Below, one piece after another: positions 9,884-20,968 of a stretch of 33,000 nucleotides of DNA. The translations under genes and the position numbers were made by a program. The stretch covers positions 1,571 through 34,570 of the forward strand of contig NW_021835476.1 of the NCBI RefSeq assembly GCF_006345805.1, written 5' to 3'. The notes beneath the pieces are model-generated. The model had not been told where the DNA came from. It worked only from the letters and a program-made list of their open reading frames with translations, and did no database searches. Positions within the stretch are counted from its first letter, which is position 1. Every line of letters starts with the position of its first letter. The stretch is from Octopus sinensis. Lineage: Eukaryota.

Positions 9884-10888
9884 TTAAAGGAGAATCAGTA
9901 TGCACAGAAGTGCACCAGCCATAAAATGAAGACTCCTATCTACTATTATATATTACGCCCTCATTCCAAAAAGGGAAGGGGTAGAGTAAGCAATATACCT
10001 TTTCCGATTACGTCAACATCGACCTCTGGGTCATTATTTGTATTATTTCCAGCATCAGAATTAGTTTCTGGGCCTCCATTCGTATTGATCGTATTTTCTT
10101 CATCTTCAGAATTAGTTTCTGGGCCTCCACTCGTATTGATTGTATTTTTTTCATCTTCAGAATTAGTTTCTGGGCCTCCAATCGTATTGATCGTATTTTC
10201 TTCATCTTCAAAATTAGTTTCTCGGTGTTCACTTGTATTTTCTTCATTTAGTTTCAATGCCTCCAAAATAGTTTCATATCTTAATTCTCTGAATCTTTGA
10301 TTCAATTCTCTACTTGGGATAATATTTCTATAATTACAAATAAGTACATTACAATATATTTTCCGAATTTAAAATACTGTTAGTGTCATCACTATCTTCA
10401 AAATTCATTATTTTGAGTAATTTGTATATGATAATTCCAGGTTTATATGGCTTATATTAAAACACTGAATATACTTGACATAGGGTATCGTTAAACATTT
10501 CATCGTCTATAAATGTGTTATATTTACCTTAACCATTCGTTGAACTAGTAAGGAATACATTTAATCTTCCAACTCTATTAATAACATCATATCCTTCATC
10601 ACTAGCTGAACTACAGTTTGACTGACACAGAGTTCAAACTCAACAATCTCAATTGAAATATCTTCTCCTTGTTTGACAAACGAAATATTCACCAATTGAG
10701 ACAGTGACTACAGCAATTAAATAATCATTTAACATTTTTGACAACATCCAACATGAACATCTGAATTAAAATAAAAATAGATTACTTTATTCTCATCATA
10801 TTTCACCTTTAGTTCACCGAGACCTATTTGATGTCAATAAAATAATACTTGATGTGTATTGTAGCACCAACAGCACAGTCAGAATCAT
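9884..10888 (-). CDS. Orphan secreted/surface protein with signal peptide, acidic 17-aa repeats and a hydrophobic C-terminus
   Basis: Seven canonical introns (25, 25, 26, 23, 27, 24, 25 nt) join into one frame: MILTVLLVLQYTSSLGELKVKYDENKMFMLDVV...NISF...SNCS...FNDTLCQPYKPG...[EDEENTINTxGGPETNS]x3...DPEVDVDVIGK. The last exon is ambiguous (stop at 9884-9886 or 9895-9897). Confidence 0.7.
10057..10223 (-). repeat. Coding minisatellite, 51-bp unit, 3 full copies plus a partial copy
   Basis: The unit agaattagtttctgggcctccattcgtattgatcgtattttcttcatcttc starts at 10057, 10108 and 10159, with a few substitutions between copies. Confidence 0.95.
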
Positions 10889-11150
10889 TATTATTCATCG
10901 TTGAGTTTCATTTTATATCTGTGTAATTAGGCTAATTATTTGCACATTTTTATGTAGTTTTTAAAATTGAGTTATTTCATATTTAATCTCTCTAATCTGA
11001 CTAACTCTAGCAGAGGTGCAGTTGAAAACGAACTGATAATAAAATTCCATCATTCAATAATTATTAATTTAGGATTTTTGGCCATTCATGAACACCTGGA
11101 CTTCAGTGCCAAAACTAGCACGGAACCTGTAAAAAGAACGGCCATTGAAA

Positions 11151-11530
11151 ATGTCCAGCCTCGTTCTGTTGATGACAATTAAAGTCTCCCTTATCTGGAA
11201 ACGAACTCAAAATTAGACGCAGTGAAAGCAATTATCTTCTCTATGAATGTTGAAGATAGAAGACAGTGGGCAGTATCAGTTTGCGAAGCTATCCATTCGA
11301 GGTTAGGGCGTGTCCCTAGAGGTAGTTGGAATGTAATACTAGAGAATTTTAATTTTAAATTTGAAGATAAAATCTTTTTGTCCGAATATAGAAAGTTGGA
11401 AAATAAAAGGCAACTATCTTTTGCTGATGTGGATGAGTCCAAAAAAATGGCTGATTTCTCGGGAAGTGGGTGTGATACAGGACTGTTCGCTTGCTGCAAG
11501 CTAACTAAAAATTTATATATAAGTGCATGA
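11151..11530 (+). CDS. Hypothetical protein (possible micro-intron gene)
   Basis: There is a 102-codon ORF at 11222-11530. Candidate 22-, 25- and 24-nt GT-AG introns link it to an ATG at 11151. No homology recognised. Confidence 0.3.
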
Positions 11531-11579
11531 AAATTAGTTGATAGCTAAATTTTCAAAGATTAAATTCAAGGAAACAAAT

Positions 11580-12480
11580 TCTTGCTTCCCATATACATCC
11601 GAATGAAATGTAGCACTTATTCACCCAATTCTGAAGTCCGGGAAGCCTAAGGACAATCTTGACTTATATAGACCCATCTCTCTATTATGCGTCCTATCTA
11701 GAATCCCTGAGAAACTAATACTAAAACTAATCCAATCATCTCTCCACTTGTTACATTCCAACATGGTTTTAAGAAAGGACCATTTAAATCTTCATATCTG
11801 AAAAAAACTCTAATTTTATCTACGAAAGCTTCAAAACCAAGCCTATCTAAAAAAAATTCTTTGCTCAGTAGAAATACAAAAGGCGTTCGATTCAGTCACT
11901 AAAAAGAATCTTTATTGAGCGACATTCCAATCCCTACTCACCAGGACGACATCTTACTCTTCTATGCTGATGATATCATATAAGATCAACGGACCAAAAT
12001 CCACTCAAAGCAATCCAAAGACTTCAGAGAAACATCCACAACATGTTTTTCTGCAATGTACAAACCAACTGAATCTAAGCTCCGAAAAATGCATAAACAC
12101 TCTATTCACGACAACAAAAAATTATCCAACTCCGAAATCAATGTTATTTTAAAAGGAACAAGAATTTAGCAGATAAATACTAGGTGTGATCTTTGAAACT
12201 AATTCTCATTCTCTAAGAATATTGACAATCATATAATTAAACTATCGAGAAGATCAAACTTTTTAAATTCCTTTCTTGGTTCATGCACGGGGATACAACA
12301 ATCCTGATTTAAGACTATATACAAGCAAATATGTCAAGCCCTCCATTGCTTATGCTTGTGGTGGCTGGAAATCATTTCTGGCCCCCTCCAAAATCTGCAA
12401 AAGATCTCGAACCTACAGCTGAAGTCTATCTCCAGTTTTACTAAACGGATTATAAAGCCAAAAGCTTTTGAAAAGCTTGT
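11580..12480 (+). mobile_element. Degenerate LINE RT remnant (Jockey/I-like)
   Basis: Fragmented frames read PILKSGKPKD...YRPISLLCVLSRIPEKLI, FQHGFKKG, KAFDSV, FYADDI and IYKQ...SIAYACGGW, with many stops and frameshifts. Confidence 0.65.
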
Positions 12481-12661
12481 AAGGACGACGGGTTCTAGAG
12501 ACAGCCCTGACCTTTGGATCCTTGTCCAATTCGAAGATGCGTCAAATCCCTGGCTGAACACATAGAGAGGATGCGTAGAGTGATTGGGAATGTCGGGATC
12601 ACCTAAATAATTTGTTTGCCTGCTTAGACGGCGTTTGTTTTCCTGCTAAATAAAATAAATA

Positions 12662-14025
12662 CAGTACGACCCCGCCCCAATAGAAAAGTGCCCCAAATAT
12701 AGAGGTTGCCCCTAAGATAGAGGGTATATATAATTTTTACATTTTAAAAGCAAATATCTGTATTTTTTAATAATAAAATATGTTTTTTCGTATTAAAATA
12801 TGTTTTTTCGAATAAGGAAGTTTCAAGATCATTAATTATTCTCATTGAATCTTTTAAGTCGGACCCTTCAATTTCATCATTTCCATTATACAAAGTATCA
12901 TTATCCTCAATTCCGTTTATTTCAAGATCCATTAAAGCTAAAACATGCTTATCAATTAATTCAGATTTTTTTTTGAATTAATTTCAGGAAAACATGTTCT
13001 CTGTTCGTTTATTTTCATCCAACAATTGACAATTGTTATTGTTGTTACTCGACTCCATGCTTCTCCCACATATGCGATTATTTGCCTCATATTAATTTTC
13101 AATAAAGTCGAATAGTATTTTTTAAGATCATCAGGTATTTTTAGGAAATTTAAAAAATGATAAGTTTGAATATTCTTGTAATTTGTGGCACGGTGCATTA
13201 TCCATAAGAATCAAAATTTTTCTGTTTTTTTGAGCCATTTCGAAGTTTATCTTCTGTAACCATTTATCGAAAATATCAATCGTCATCCAAGCATTTTTGA
13301 TGCAGTGTACAAAACCTAAAAATAATCTAATACAACATACTCCATAATCTTCAGTTTTTATATTTTTTAAGCATCTTGGGGATTTGAATTTCCCGATAAC
13401 AAGGAGCTTTAATTTCTCACCTTCAAGGCTGCAGCATAAAAGAACCGAAACTCGTTCTTTACTTTTTGTTTTACAGAAACAGTCATCATTCGAAGATACA
13501 AATGATTTATATGAATTCTTTTTGACAAAAAGGGATGTTTCGTCACAGTTGAAAATATCTTTTTTCTCGAATTTATCAAATAAATTGTCGTAATCATTAA
13601 AAAAATCTTCGATCTTATCTTTGTCGCACGAGTTCTTTTCTCCGGAAATTACTTTAAACAGTAATTCGTGACGTTTTTTAAAACGATCCAACCATCCATT
13701 CGATGCTTTAAAATTATCGAAGTTAAGGTTCGATGCAATTTTTTTTGCAACAGTTTTCAAGAGAAATCCTGAAACTGAAATCCCATCTTCTCTCAAATTT
13801 TTAAAAACTTCAAAGACTAATCGATCAATTCAATAATAAATTTTAATATTATCGATTGAAAAAGTGCCCTAATAAGCGGGGTTCCGTATTTCGAATTTAA
13901 GCTTCTTATTGGTCAAAAAATATACAAAAACTGAGAAATCATTCAAAATAATTTTTATTAAAAAAATCGCCCCAAAAACAGAGGGTGCCCCAAGGCCGGG
14001 GTTTTATTGGGGTGGGGTCGTACTG
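12662..14025 (-). mobile_element. pogo/Tigger DNA transposon, internally deleted (1364 bp)
   Basis: TIRs are CAGTACGACCCC(G/A)CCCCAATA, with TA TSDs at 12660-61 and 14026-27. ORF 13131-13796 carries the CENP-B HTH (FKASNGWLDRFKKRH) and DDE motifs (IFNCDET, LILMDNAPCH). Confidence 0.93.
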
Positions 14026-14091
14026 TAGCTAAATAAAAATGGAGAATTTAAAAATATTTCTTAAAGTGGCCAAAATATTTCTTCAAATATT

Positions 14092-14158
14092 TATTTTTTT
14101 TTTTTTTTTTTTTTATAAATATTTAATTAAAATGGGGAATAAGTCTCAATTCCAACTC
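14092..14158 (-). mobile_element. Tiny 5'-truncated retroposon insertion (44 nt + A21) with a 13-bp TSD
   Basis: A T21 run at 14094-14114 lies between direct repeats ttcttcaaatatt at 14079-14091 and 14159-14171. The source family is not identified. Confidence 0.7.
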
Positions 14159-14642
14159 TTCTTCAAATATTAAAAATCAAACTGCTTCCAGGCACCGTTG
14201 TCAATTTTAATTCTCTGATAATGTATCTTATGTATCTATAGATGAGTATTGGACAAAAATTGATTAATAATCGCCAGACTCAGCGACGCCTCGCTGCGTA
14301 TTGTTAGCAGTTTCCGCGGTGCACGGCGACAGAGATTCACTGAAAGAGTTAGTTCACTCTTGGAAAAACCAAAAGTGATTCTGTTTGTGTCTACGGTCTC
14401 GGCTTTTGACAGGGCAATAAGCCAAGCAGAGAAAAGAAGCTCTTTGGCAACGGTTGGAATGGTGCCGATCGCAAGAAGAGCACAAGCGCCCCTTCTTGCG
14501 GGAATTGGATAATTTACATGAGACACAAGTTTTCATGCGAGAGAATGATAAAATGGAGTGAAATAAAAGAAGGAACGATTAACAATTAACAAAATAACAA
14601 CAATGAGTCAATACATATTTTAATATGAATACATATATTAAT

Positions 14643-15085
14643 ATGAATTCTAGTGATGAGTGCTCTAGTGGTATAATATCTGTATCTGATAACATCGATG
14701 AATCCGAATATTCTGTTTATAATACATAATAATGTACAATTAGGCCGATGTAGTGTCACTCTCCGACTCTGCTGAATCTGAACTCATAGTAGAAGAAATC
14801 TCTGCATATGACGAAACTGAAGCTTCTGATTCTTTTCCTTATGTGAAATCAACAAATGAATTTATCGAAAAAAACGATAAATCTATTTCCGACCTTTTTG
14901 ATGAGGGAGAATTTTGCTCCTTTTCTGAAACACTGGTTGAAAATTCCAACTCTCAATCTCCCCAACCAAATTTTCAGAGTGATCGGAATACATTTTTGAC
15001 AAAATGTGTGATTTCGGGACTGATTGTCACCGGATTAGCTGCCATTTCTTTTTTTGGTGGACTCATCTTCAAAAAACGAAAGTAA
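14643..15085 (+). CDS. Acidic Ser-rich tail-anchored membrane protein (orphan), 2 exons
   Basis: ATG at 14643 and a 29-nt intron (14715-14743) join to ORF 14753-15085. The protein ends in a single TM segment (CVISGLIVTGLAAISFFGGLIF) followed by KKRK*. Confidence 0.65.
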
Positions 15086-15343
15086 TCATTCACTTTATTC
15101 ATTTTCTTGTTAATTTTATTGATATGCAGCACTTTTACAAATCTGCGGTTCTTTATTTTAGAGCGGAAGATACTAAGCTCAATAAAATATAATTCTTTTT
15201 TATTGCATGACCTTAGTGTCTTTGTTATTGTAAGAAACGGTTCATTGTATTTTCTTATCGATTTTGTGGTTTGTACTTTCCCGATGTTAGGAAATTAATG
15301 TTATCAATATTTAACTGATCAATTCAAAAAATGTAACGAATTT

Positions 15344-15722
15344 TTACGGAGGAAGTGTTGCACTGTACTTATTCCATGAAATGGAGACTTCAATTTTATC
15401 AACAAGATCATTATAGATTTTTTCTAAAGACTCACAGTTATAAAATAAATAGCTATTCACAATTAATTTTAAACAGGAAATACTTACAAGAAACTTAAAA
15501 TAATACAAGAATGCATTTTTCAAAAAAATGTCGTATCTAGCAAATATGATTTCTCCCACATGACAATTATTTTTTAGCCTCAGCAACTCCGCACAATATG
15601 AAGATGCTCTAAACCTGGTATCTGGAGGATCGGACTGTATTCACAATATTCAAAAAAACATGTGAAATCGAGGTGGAATTCCTGATCTCAAGAAGAGACA
15701 TGTGATTAATTGGGGACCGCAT
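15344..15722 (-). CDS. Hypothetical protein
   Basis: ATG at 15722 (MRSPINHMSLLEIRNSTSISH) joins ORF 15344-15586 through a 25-nt GT-AG intron. No homology recognised. Confidence 0.35.
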
Positions 15723-16376
15723 TTCTATATTTACGAATAAGTAGGCTACATTTTATTTTTTAGATTTAAAATGTTGTAATGGTAATAACTATCCTCAATT
15801 AAATGTACCATTTTTTTGTCAGGCACTGTAGTTAAAGTAAAATTTAATCCTTAATTCCTTTTTATTTGTTTGTTTTAAATTTGCTTTGTATTTTTTATTG
15901 AAATAATGAGCGAAATGTCATTTTTTGTTTAAGGATTACATAAAGTTCTTTTTCTATTCCAGCTCTTCTTGCAATATCTTTATTATCAAGTGGCTATATG
16001 ATTTTGTCTCTTCGTTGCTACTTTTAGACTCTTTCTACAGTGTAAACAAATTTATTTTGATTTGTTTGGATTGATTTGTTTTTAACAATTACCTGTTTTT
16101 TCGACACATCTTAAACATGAATAAAATTGTTGGTTGTTTGTGTTAGATTAGTCATTTATTTCTTCTGAATTAGTTTTATTAAAAATAAGACTTCTGAACA
16201 AAGCAAAACTGAGACATTTTCAGACACAATATTGAGACGTACAATCATGTCAATGTATGAAAAATTTGTCCTTTTATATGTTTGTTGTTTAGTGATCTTC
16301 TTTATTCGACGGTTGATAAGTAAATTTCACGAATTTGTTGTTGTATTATTAAATAATACTGAATAGTTTACAAATT

Positions 16377-16932
16377 TTTTTTTTTTTTTAAACGTATTTA
16401 ACTAACAATTAACACCGAAAATAGTTAAGTTCCAGCGGCGAGGACGCAGTGTGCGTTGCCCCGAACAATGGCCAGGCCGATGCGCTGGCGGAACCAGAGG
16501 CTCTCTCTCGAGTCCTTGAGCCTTCTCCCGATGGACTGCCCGACCTCTTTGAGGAACGAGTCAGTCTCCTTTCCTGCAACTCCAGCGGTCTCCAGAGCGA
16601 TTGCCGTAACGCGGTAGCGGTCCGCGAGCGAAGAATATTTATGTATTTTTATCTTTTCGGCGTGGTTTGCAGCCGAACAAGGGTTTGCCGCAGAAGAATG
16701 GATCCTCGATTTCGAAAAGGTATCCACAACGGTGACATCCCATACAAGGGCCTTCCCCGACGAGTACGGGAATATTGTCATCCCGTCAGGCCTTTTGCCA
16801 TCTCCCCGATCGAGTCCGACCGGTTCGAGGAGGCACGAATGGCCCGCCATTTCGAGACCGGCCTTTACGATTTCATTGAGGGCCTTGTGTCTGTGTTCCC
16901 TGCCTGCGCTCCTCTTGCAGGAAAGTGGGTGC
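16377..16932 (-). mobile_element. 5'-truncated CRE-like retrotransposon, RLE end, open frame
   Basis: Reads CKRSAGREHRHKALNEIV...EPVGLDRGDGKRPDGMTIFPYSSGKALVWDVTVVDT...AEKIKIHKY...RQRIGLAIVRGNAHCVLAAGT*. It has an A15 tail and a 12-bp TSD agtttacaaatt (16365-16376 / 16933-16944). Confidence 0.93.
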
Positions 16933-17818
16933 AGTTTACAAATTGACTTTAGTTTAATGACTTTAGTTTAATATGTTTTTTTTTGTTTAATAAACATTTT
17001 ATATAAGTTCATCTTAAAAGTTTAGTTTCCAGTCTTGTCTTGATATTAAGTCAGCAAGACGCGCTGGAATCACTTTCTCGAAGATCTACAGAGCCAGAGA
17101 AAAATCAAATCGGACTAGTCACCAAATACCAAAAGGGTTACTTGAGAAAATTGGGTGTAGATATCTCTCTACTCCTAATAAAATGAAATAATCTGAACCA
17201 GCTTCCGAACACCTTTAGATTTTTGACAGATTCCAACTTTTCTTTGGAAATTTTAATTTGCTCCTGGACCAGTAGCTTATAAATTAGTTCTCAATTCTGT
17301 CAAAAGCTTTACTTAGTATCAGTCATAATTAAGGAATTTCTTAAAAGTTTAAATTGTGCTCAATTAATATTTTTATAATTTATATATTTTTGTGTAGTAT
17401 TTGGTGAATTTATGATTCCGGTTGGTCATCAAAACGCGAGGCTCTGGGATTTGAATTTCGGTTGGGGAAATTTTTGGTACTTTTAATACCTTATTTGTGT
17501 ACGTTTTTAGTTAAATATTTAAAATAACCCTAAAATATGATTCTGTCTAACATGGAACTTATTTGTTTTAGAATTTAATAAACTATTATAAAAATTAGCT
17601 ATTATCTTTAAAAAGTTGGAAGAAAAACCAAATTGAGAGTGGAATCAATGAGACGATTTACATTAATTATTTTTCGATTTTCTGTAAAATAAAAATAAAA
17701 ACAGTGATTTACAGTTTTAAAAAACATAAATGACATATAAAAACATAATTGCCTGCCAATATGACAATTAATTAAAAATTTAGTTTAAATACTGGAAAAA
17801 TGGAAAATAATAAATAAA

Positions 17819-18404
17819 ATGTTCTATTTTCTAATTCTATCAATTTTTGTGCAAAGTGCTCCAACATCAAACAGTAATTCATTTTATTTCAGTTTAGAAT
17901 GTTTTAATGGAAAATGTTATATTTTTGTGACGGATAGACTAAGTCGACAAGATGCACAAAAAGTTTGTAAAGAAAAAAAAGGCTCACTCGCAAATATAGA
18001 CAGCAAAATCACAAATAATTATATTCATGGTAAATACAAAAACAATTTATTTCAGAAAATTTTATAAAAAACGCAAAATCAAAGTTTTGGATTGGAGTAA
18101 ATGACATCCAGAAAGAAAACGAGTTTTTGGATTCTTATGGAAATAAACAAGTAATTCAAATTTTTTAATTCAGACCTTTTTTAATTGGCATACAGGTGAA
18201 CCTAATAATTTTTACGATGAAAACTGTGTTGAGATATGGATTCCTAGTGGAGTCTGGAATGATCAGAGTTGTAATGATAAATTACCATTTTTGTGTGAAA
18301 TTTTGGGTTTTTATTTTAAACTAACTATAATAGACATTTCAAGCAACCCAGAAATTGAAATAAGTAACCAAGTTGGAAAAAGAAAAAACGTATGCGATAA
18401 TTAA
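17819..18404 (+). CDS. Secreted single-domain C-type lectin (EPN/WND)
   Basis: A signal peptide is followed by CYIFV..RLSRQDAQKVC...GSLANI, then (26-nt intron) FWIGVND, then (23-nt intron) WHTGEPNN..DENCVEI....WNDQSC...PFLCE. Two further in-frame micro-introns (24 and 27 nt) are possible. Confidence 0.9.
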
Positions 18405-18559
18405 AATATAACTAAACAAATACTAACTTTCTTGATTTGGTAAATACTAATTTTTCTCACAAATTTTTTTTCTCCTGTGTCAATATTAAAAACAATTATA
18501 TTCTTTGACGTTGTGTAGTGAATGTCTGTTCTCTCAAACATGAAAACAAATTCTGTTGG

Positions 18560-19000
18560 CTTTTTACTAAATTGATAAAAATTGATACCTAACCAGGAGT
18601 ATGACTTTTGCCTTCACGGGTCTATGAACCTCCTGGAATCTCAATAGATCACTCAAAAAAAAATTATCAAAAATTGGTTTGAGATATATAAAATATAGAT
18701 TAACTCTAATTGTCAACTTGTTTTTTCTACTCATTCTTATGCAATAAACATTAAAATTGTCAGAGGAAAATACCAGAGATTTGCTTCTATTTAAAAAATT
18801 ATTTAACAAACCAACCATGATCTGAAAATACTTGCGGAGAAAGAAGATACAATGATTAAAATGTTGAAAGAGATTGATAAATATTTTGATTTTGTTAGTC
18901 TCGGGGTAAATCCTGAAAAATCGGAACCAATTTACAATGCATAAACGCCGTGGAATGTTTTGATTGATACGGAGCTATTGATATATCGAGTTTTTAAAGA
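18560..19000 (+). mobile_element. Highly degenerate non-LTR RT remnant
   Basis: DLKILAEKEDTMIKMLKEIDKYFDFVSLGVNPEKS resembles RT domains 5-7 (DDL.LLA....LQ.ML..L......GL..NP.KS). Stops and frameshifts occur throughout. Confidence 0.4.
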
Positions 19001-19062
19001 AATTAATTTAATGAAAGACGAAATTTTATGCTAACATAATATATAACTACAACTTTATCTTT

Positions 19063-19161
19063 TTTTCCTGTGTCCATTGTTCGCGGCAACGCACACTGCG
19101 TCCTTGCCGCTGGGACTTAACACTTTTCTTCTATCTCTTTGTTTTGAAAAAAAGAAAAAAA
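19063..19161 (+). mobile_element. ~100-bp 3' stub of a CRE-like retrotransposon
   Basis: Encodes SIVRGNAHCVLAAGT* (4 mismatches in 50 nt against the 16.4-kb copy). It has an A-rich tail and a 12-bp TSD aactttatcttt (19051-19062 / 19162-19173). Confidence 0.85.
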
Positions 19162-19504
19162 AACTTTATCTTTGAAGCATGAATTGAATTTAACTCAAAT
19201 ATTAAATATATCAGAAAAGGAAAAGAGAAGTTTCTTTTTTAATTAAATGAAACGAAAGAAATTGTTAAGGACAATAAGAAGAACTGATGGCGATCCTGTT
19301 TCCCCTCACTATTGCTAAATTTTATTCTCTTTAACAGCTATGAGAATGTTGATTTTGTTGAATCTTCCTAATGCCTTACAAAAGAAAATAACAGCCAAGA
19401 TCTAAAGCCGTGTATTGTTTGCTTCAAGATAGAAATTTATTTTTTTACTCCTGAATGTGGATCATTTGACCACACGATGTAACAAAATGTTAAAAAGTAA
19501 TTAT

Positions 19505-20968
19505 TAGGGCGAACATTTTTTAACTTTAAAAATTGAAAAAAATTAACTTTAAAAAGTTAACTTTATTAACCTATAAACCAAAATTTTTAACCTTAAAATT
19601 AAAAAAATTAACTTTATTTTTTCTCAACTTGAACTTTTAAAGTTCTTAGTTTAAACTTTTAAACGAGACAATAGAAGACAAAACTTATTTTAAGAACTAT
19701 TTATTGAAAATTGATATTACGTAATTTTCCAGATTTGGAGTACTAAAGTACCTTAAAAAACTCCTGAATTGCGAAAAACAATTTTTTAAAACTTTCCCGG
19801 CTAAATCGTAAATGAATTAAAACAATACCGGCCATCATATACCTTGCAGCATCAGAAATAAGAAGCATAAAATTATCCCTTTAGGCCATAAAATTTCGGA
19901 TCGAATCATCAACAATTTGGGCTATATTATTTTTTGTAGATGCAGAATCAATTTGCTTGAATGAAACCAAATAAGTAATTTTAGGGAGTTTGATTGATCC
20001 CACCAAAACCGCGACATATCGTTGGTTTTGGATTTGAGTCTCATCGATTATCAAAAAATTTTTTTGTTGTCTAAAAAATAAAATTTGATGGAATTGTTGA
20101 ATTTGATCCTGAAAGAATCCATATATTCATTAGCAATATATTTAGCACAATTTCTAGCTTGTGATTGTGAGGGAAGTAAAATCTGGTTGCATTTGAATAA
20201 ATCGGTAAACAAAGGCATCGATAATTTAGTTAGTGGAATGTCATATTTCAAAATGGCCTTAGTCACTTTCAAATTCCAGGTATCAATTTCTGATTCATCT
20301 AATTTTCGTTGGCGATATGTTGTCAAACTATCTATTATACCATCGAAAAATTCTTACCAACGGAAATTTTATGTTTCTTGGACAACCTGTAGAGGTAACA
20401 AAATGCCTTTTTGAGCACTTCAGTGTCGTTAACATAGTTACAAAATAACTCATGGTTTTTATTTAATTTGAAATTCTTTAGAATTCGTTAGAAGAGATTT
20501 AGACGTGCGTGACATACAAAAGTTTAAACTACATGCTGCTAAATATTTATTATTATAACACATTCCGTAGGAACATAAACAAGTTATAAATCCCACACGT
20601 GTCACAGCGAAACAATCTTCTGGACCATCCTCGTCCATGCCCCTCTGTTGCGGGCGAGATCCCGCAAAGATTCTAGGTCGTCCCAGTTTTGAAACTTTTA
20701 CCATGAAGTCTGAGATCCCTTTCCAGAACTGCCGGAAGAGTGGATCTAGGTCTCCACGATATTTGTCTCCATGTTCGGAGAAATAATCGTCCAGCTAAAT
20801 AAATCCTAAATATTTCTAATAATTTGTTGAAATAATGAAAAAAAAGTTACAAACAATTACCTTACAATTTATTTTTTTGATTTTTTAACTTTATTATTTT
20901 TAAATATAGAGATATAATGTTTAAAATAGTAAAAACTTAAAATTTAACTTATTAACTTGGCACCCCTA
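19505..20968 (-). mobile_element. hAT-family DNA transposon (deleted, 1464 bp including a nested insert)
   Basis: A perfect 8-bp TSD gtaattat lies at 19497-19504 and 20969-20976. Both ends read TAGGG and carry TTAACTT subterminal repeats. Transposase remnants are IDETQ...RYVAVLVG and LLISDAARYM, plus ORF 20051-20326. Confidence 0.8.
20594..20798 (-). mobile_element. RTE/RTE-X-like LINE 3' fragment nested inside the hAT element
   Basis: Frameshifted RG(R)PRSTLPAVLERDL...LESLRDLARNRGAWTRMVQKI*, flanked by the 8-bp direct repeat ataaatcc (20586-20593 / 20799-20806). Confidence 0.65.

Noticed and set aside
10057-10223. CRISPR-like repeat array
   Set aside because: The repeats are contiguous with no unique spacers, in-frame within a eukaryotic gene, and no cas genes are present.
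9926-10300. Plus-strand 124-aa hydrophobic repeat ORF and the alternative minus frame 10008-10247
   Set aside because: These are by-products of the 51-bp coding minisatellite. Only the acidic frame connects to upstream exons through canonical introns.
16449-16971. Plus-strand 165-aa and 79-aa ORFs
   Set aside because: They are antisense to the GC-rich CRE-like RLE coding sequence.
17400-17470. Degenerate tRNA-derived SINE-like stretch
   Set aside because: The B-box is too diverged (GATTTGAATTT), with no tail, TSD or second copy in the window.
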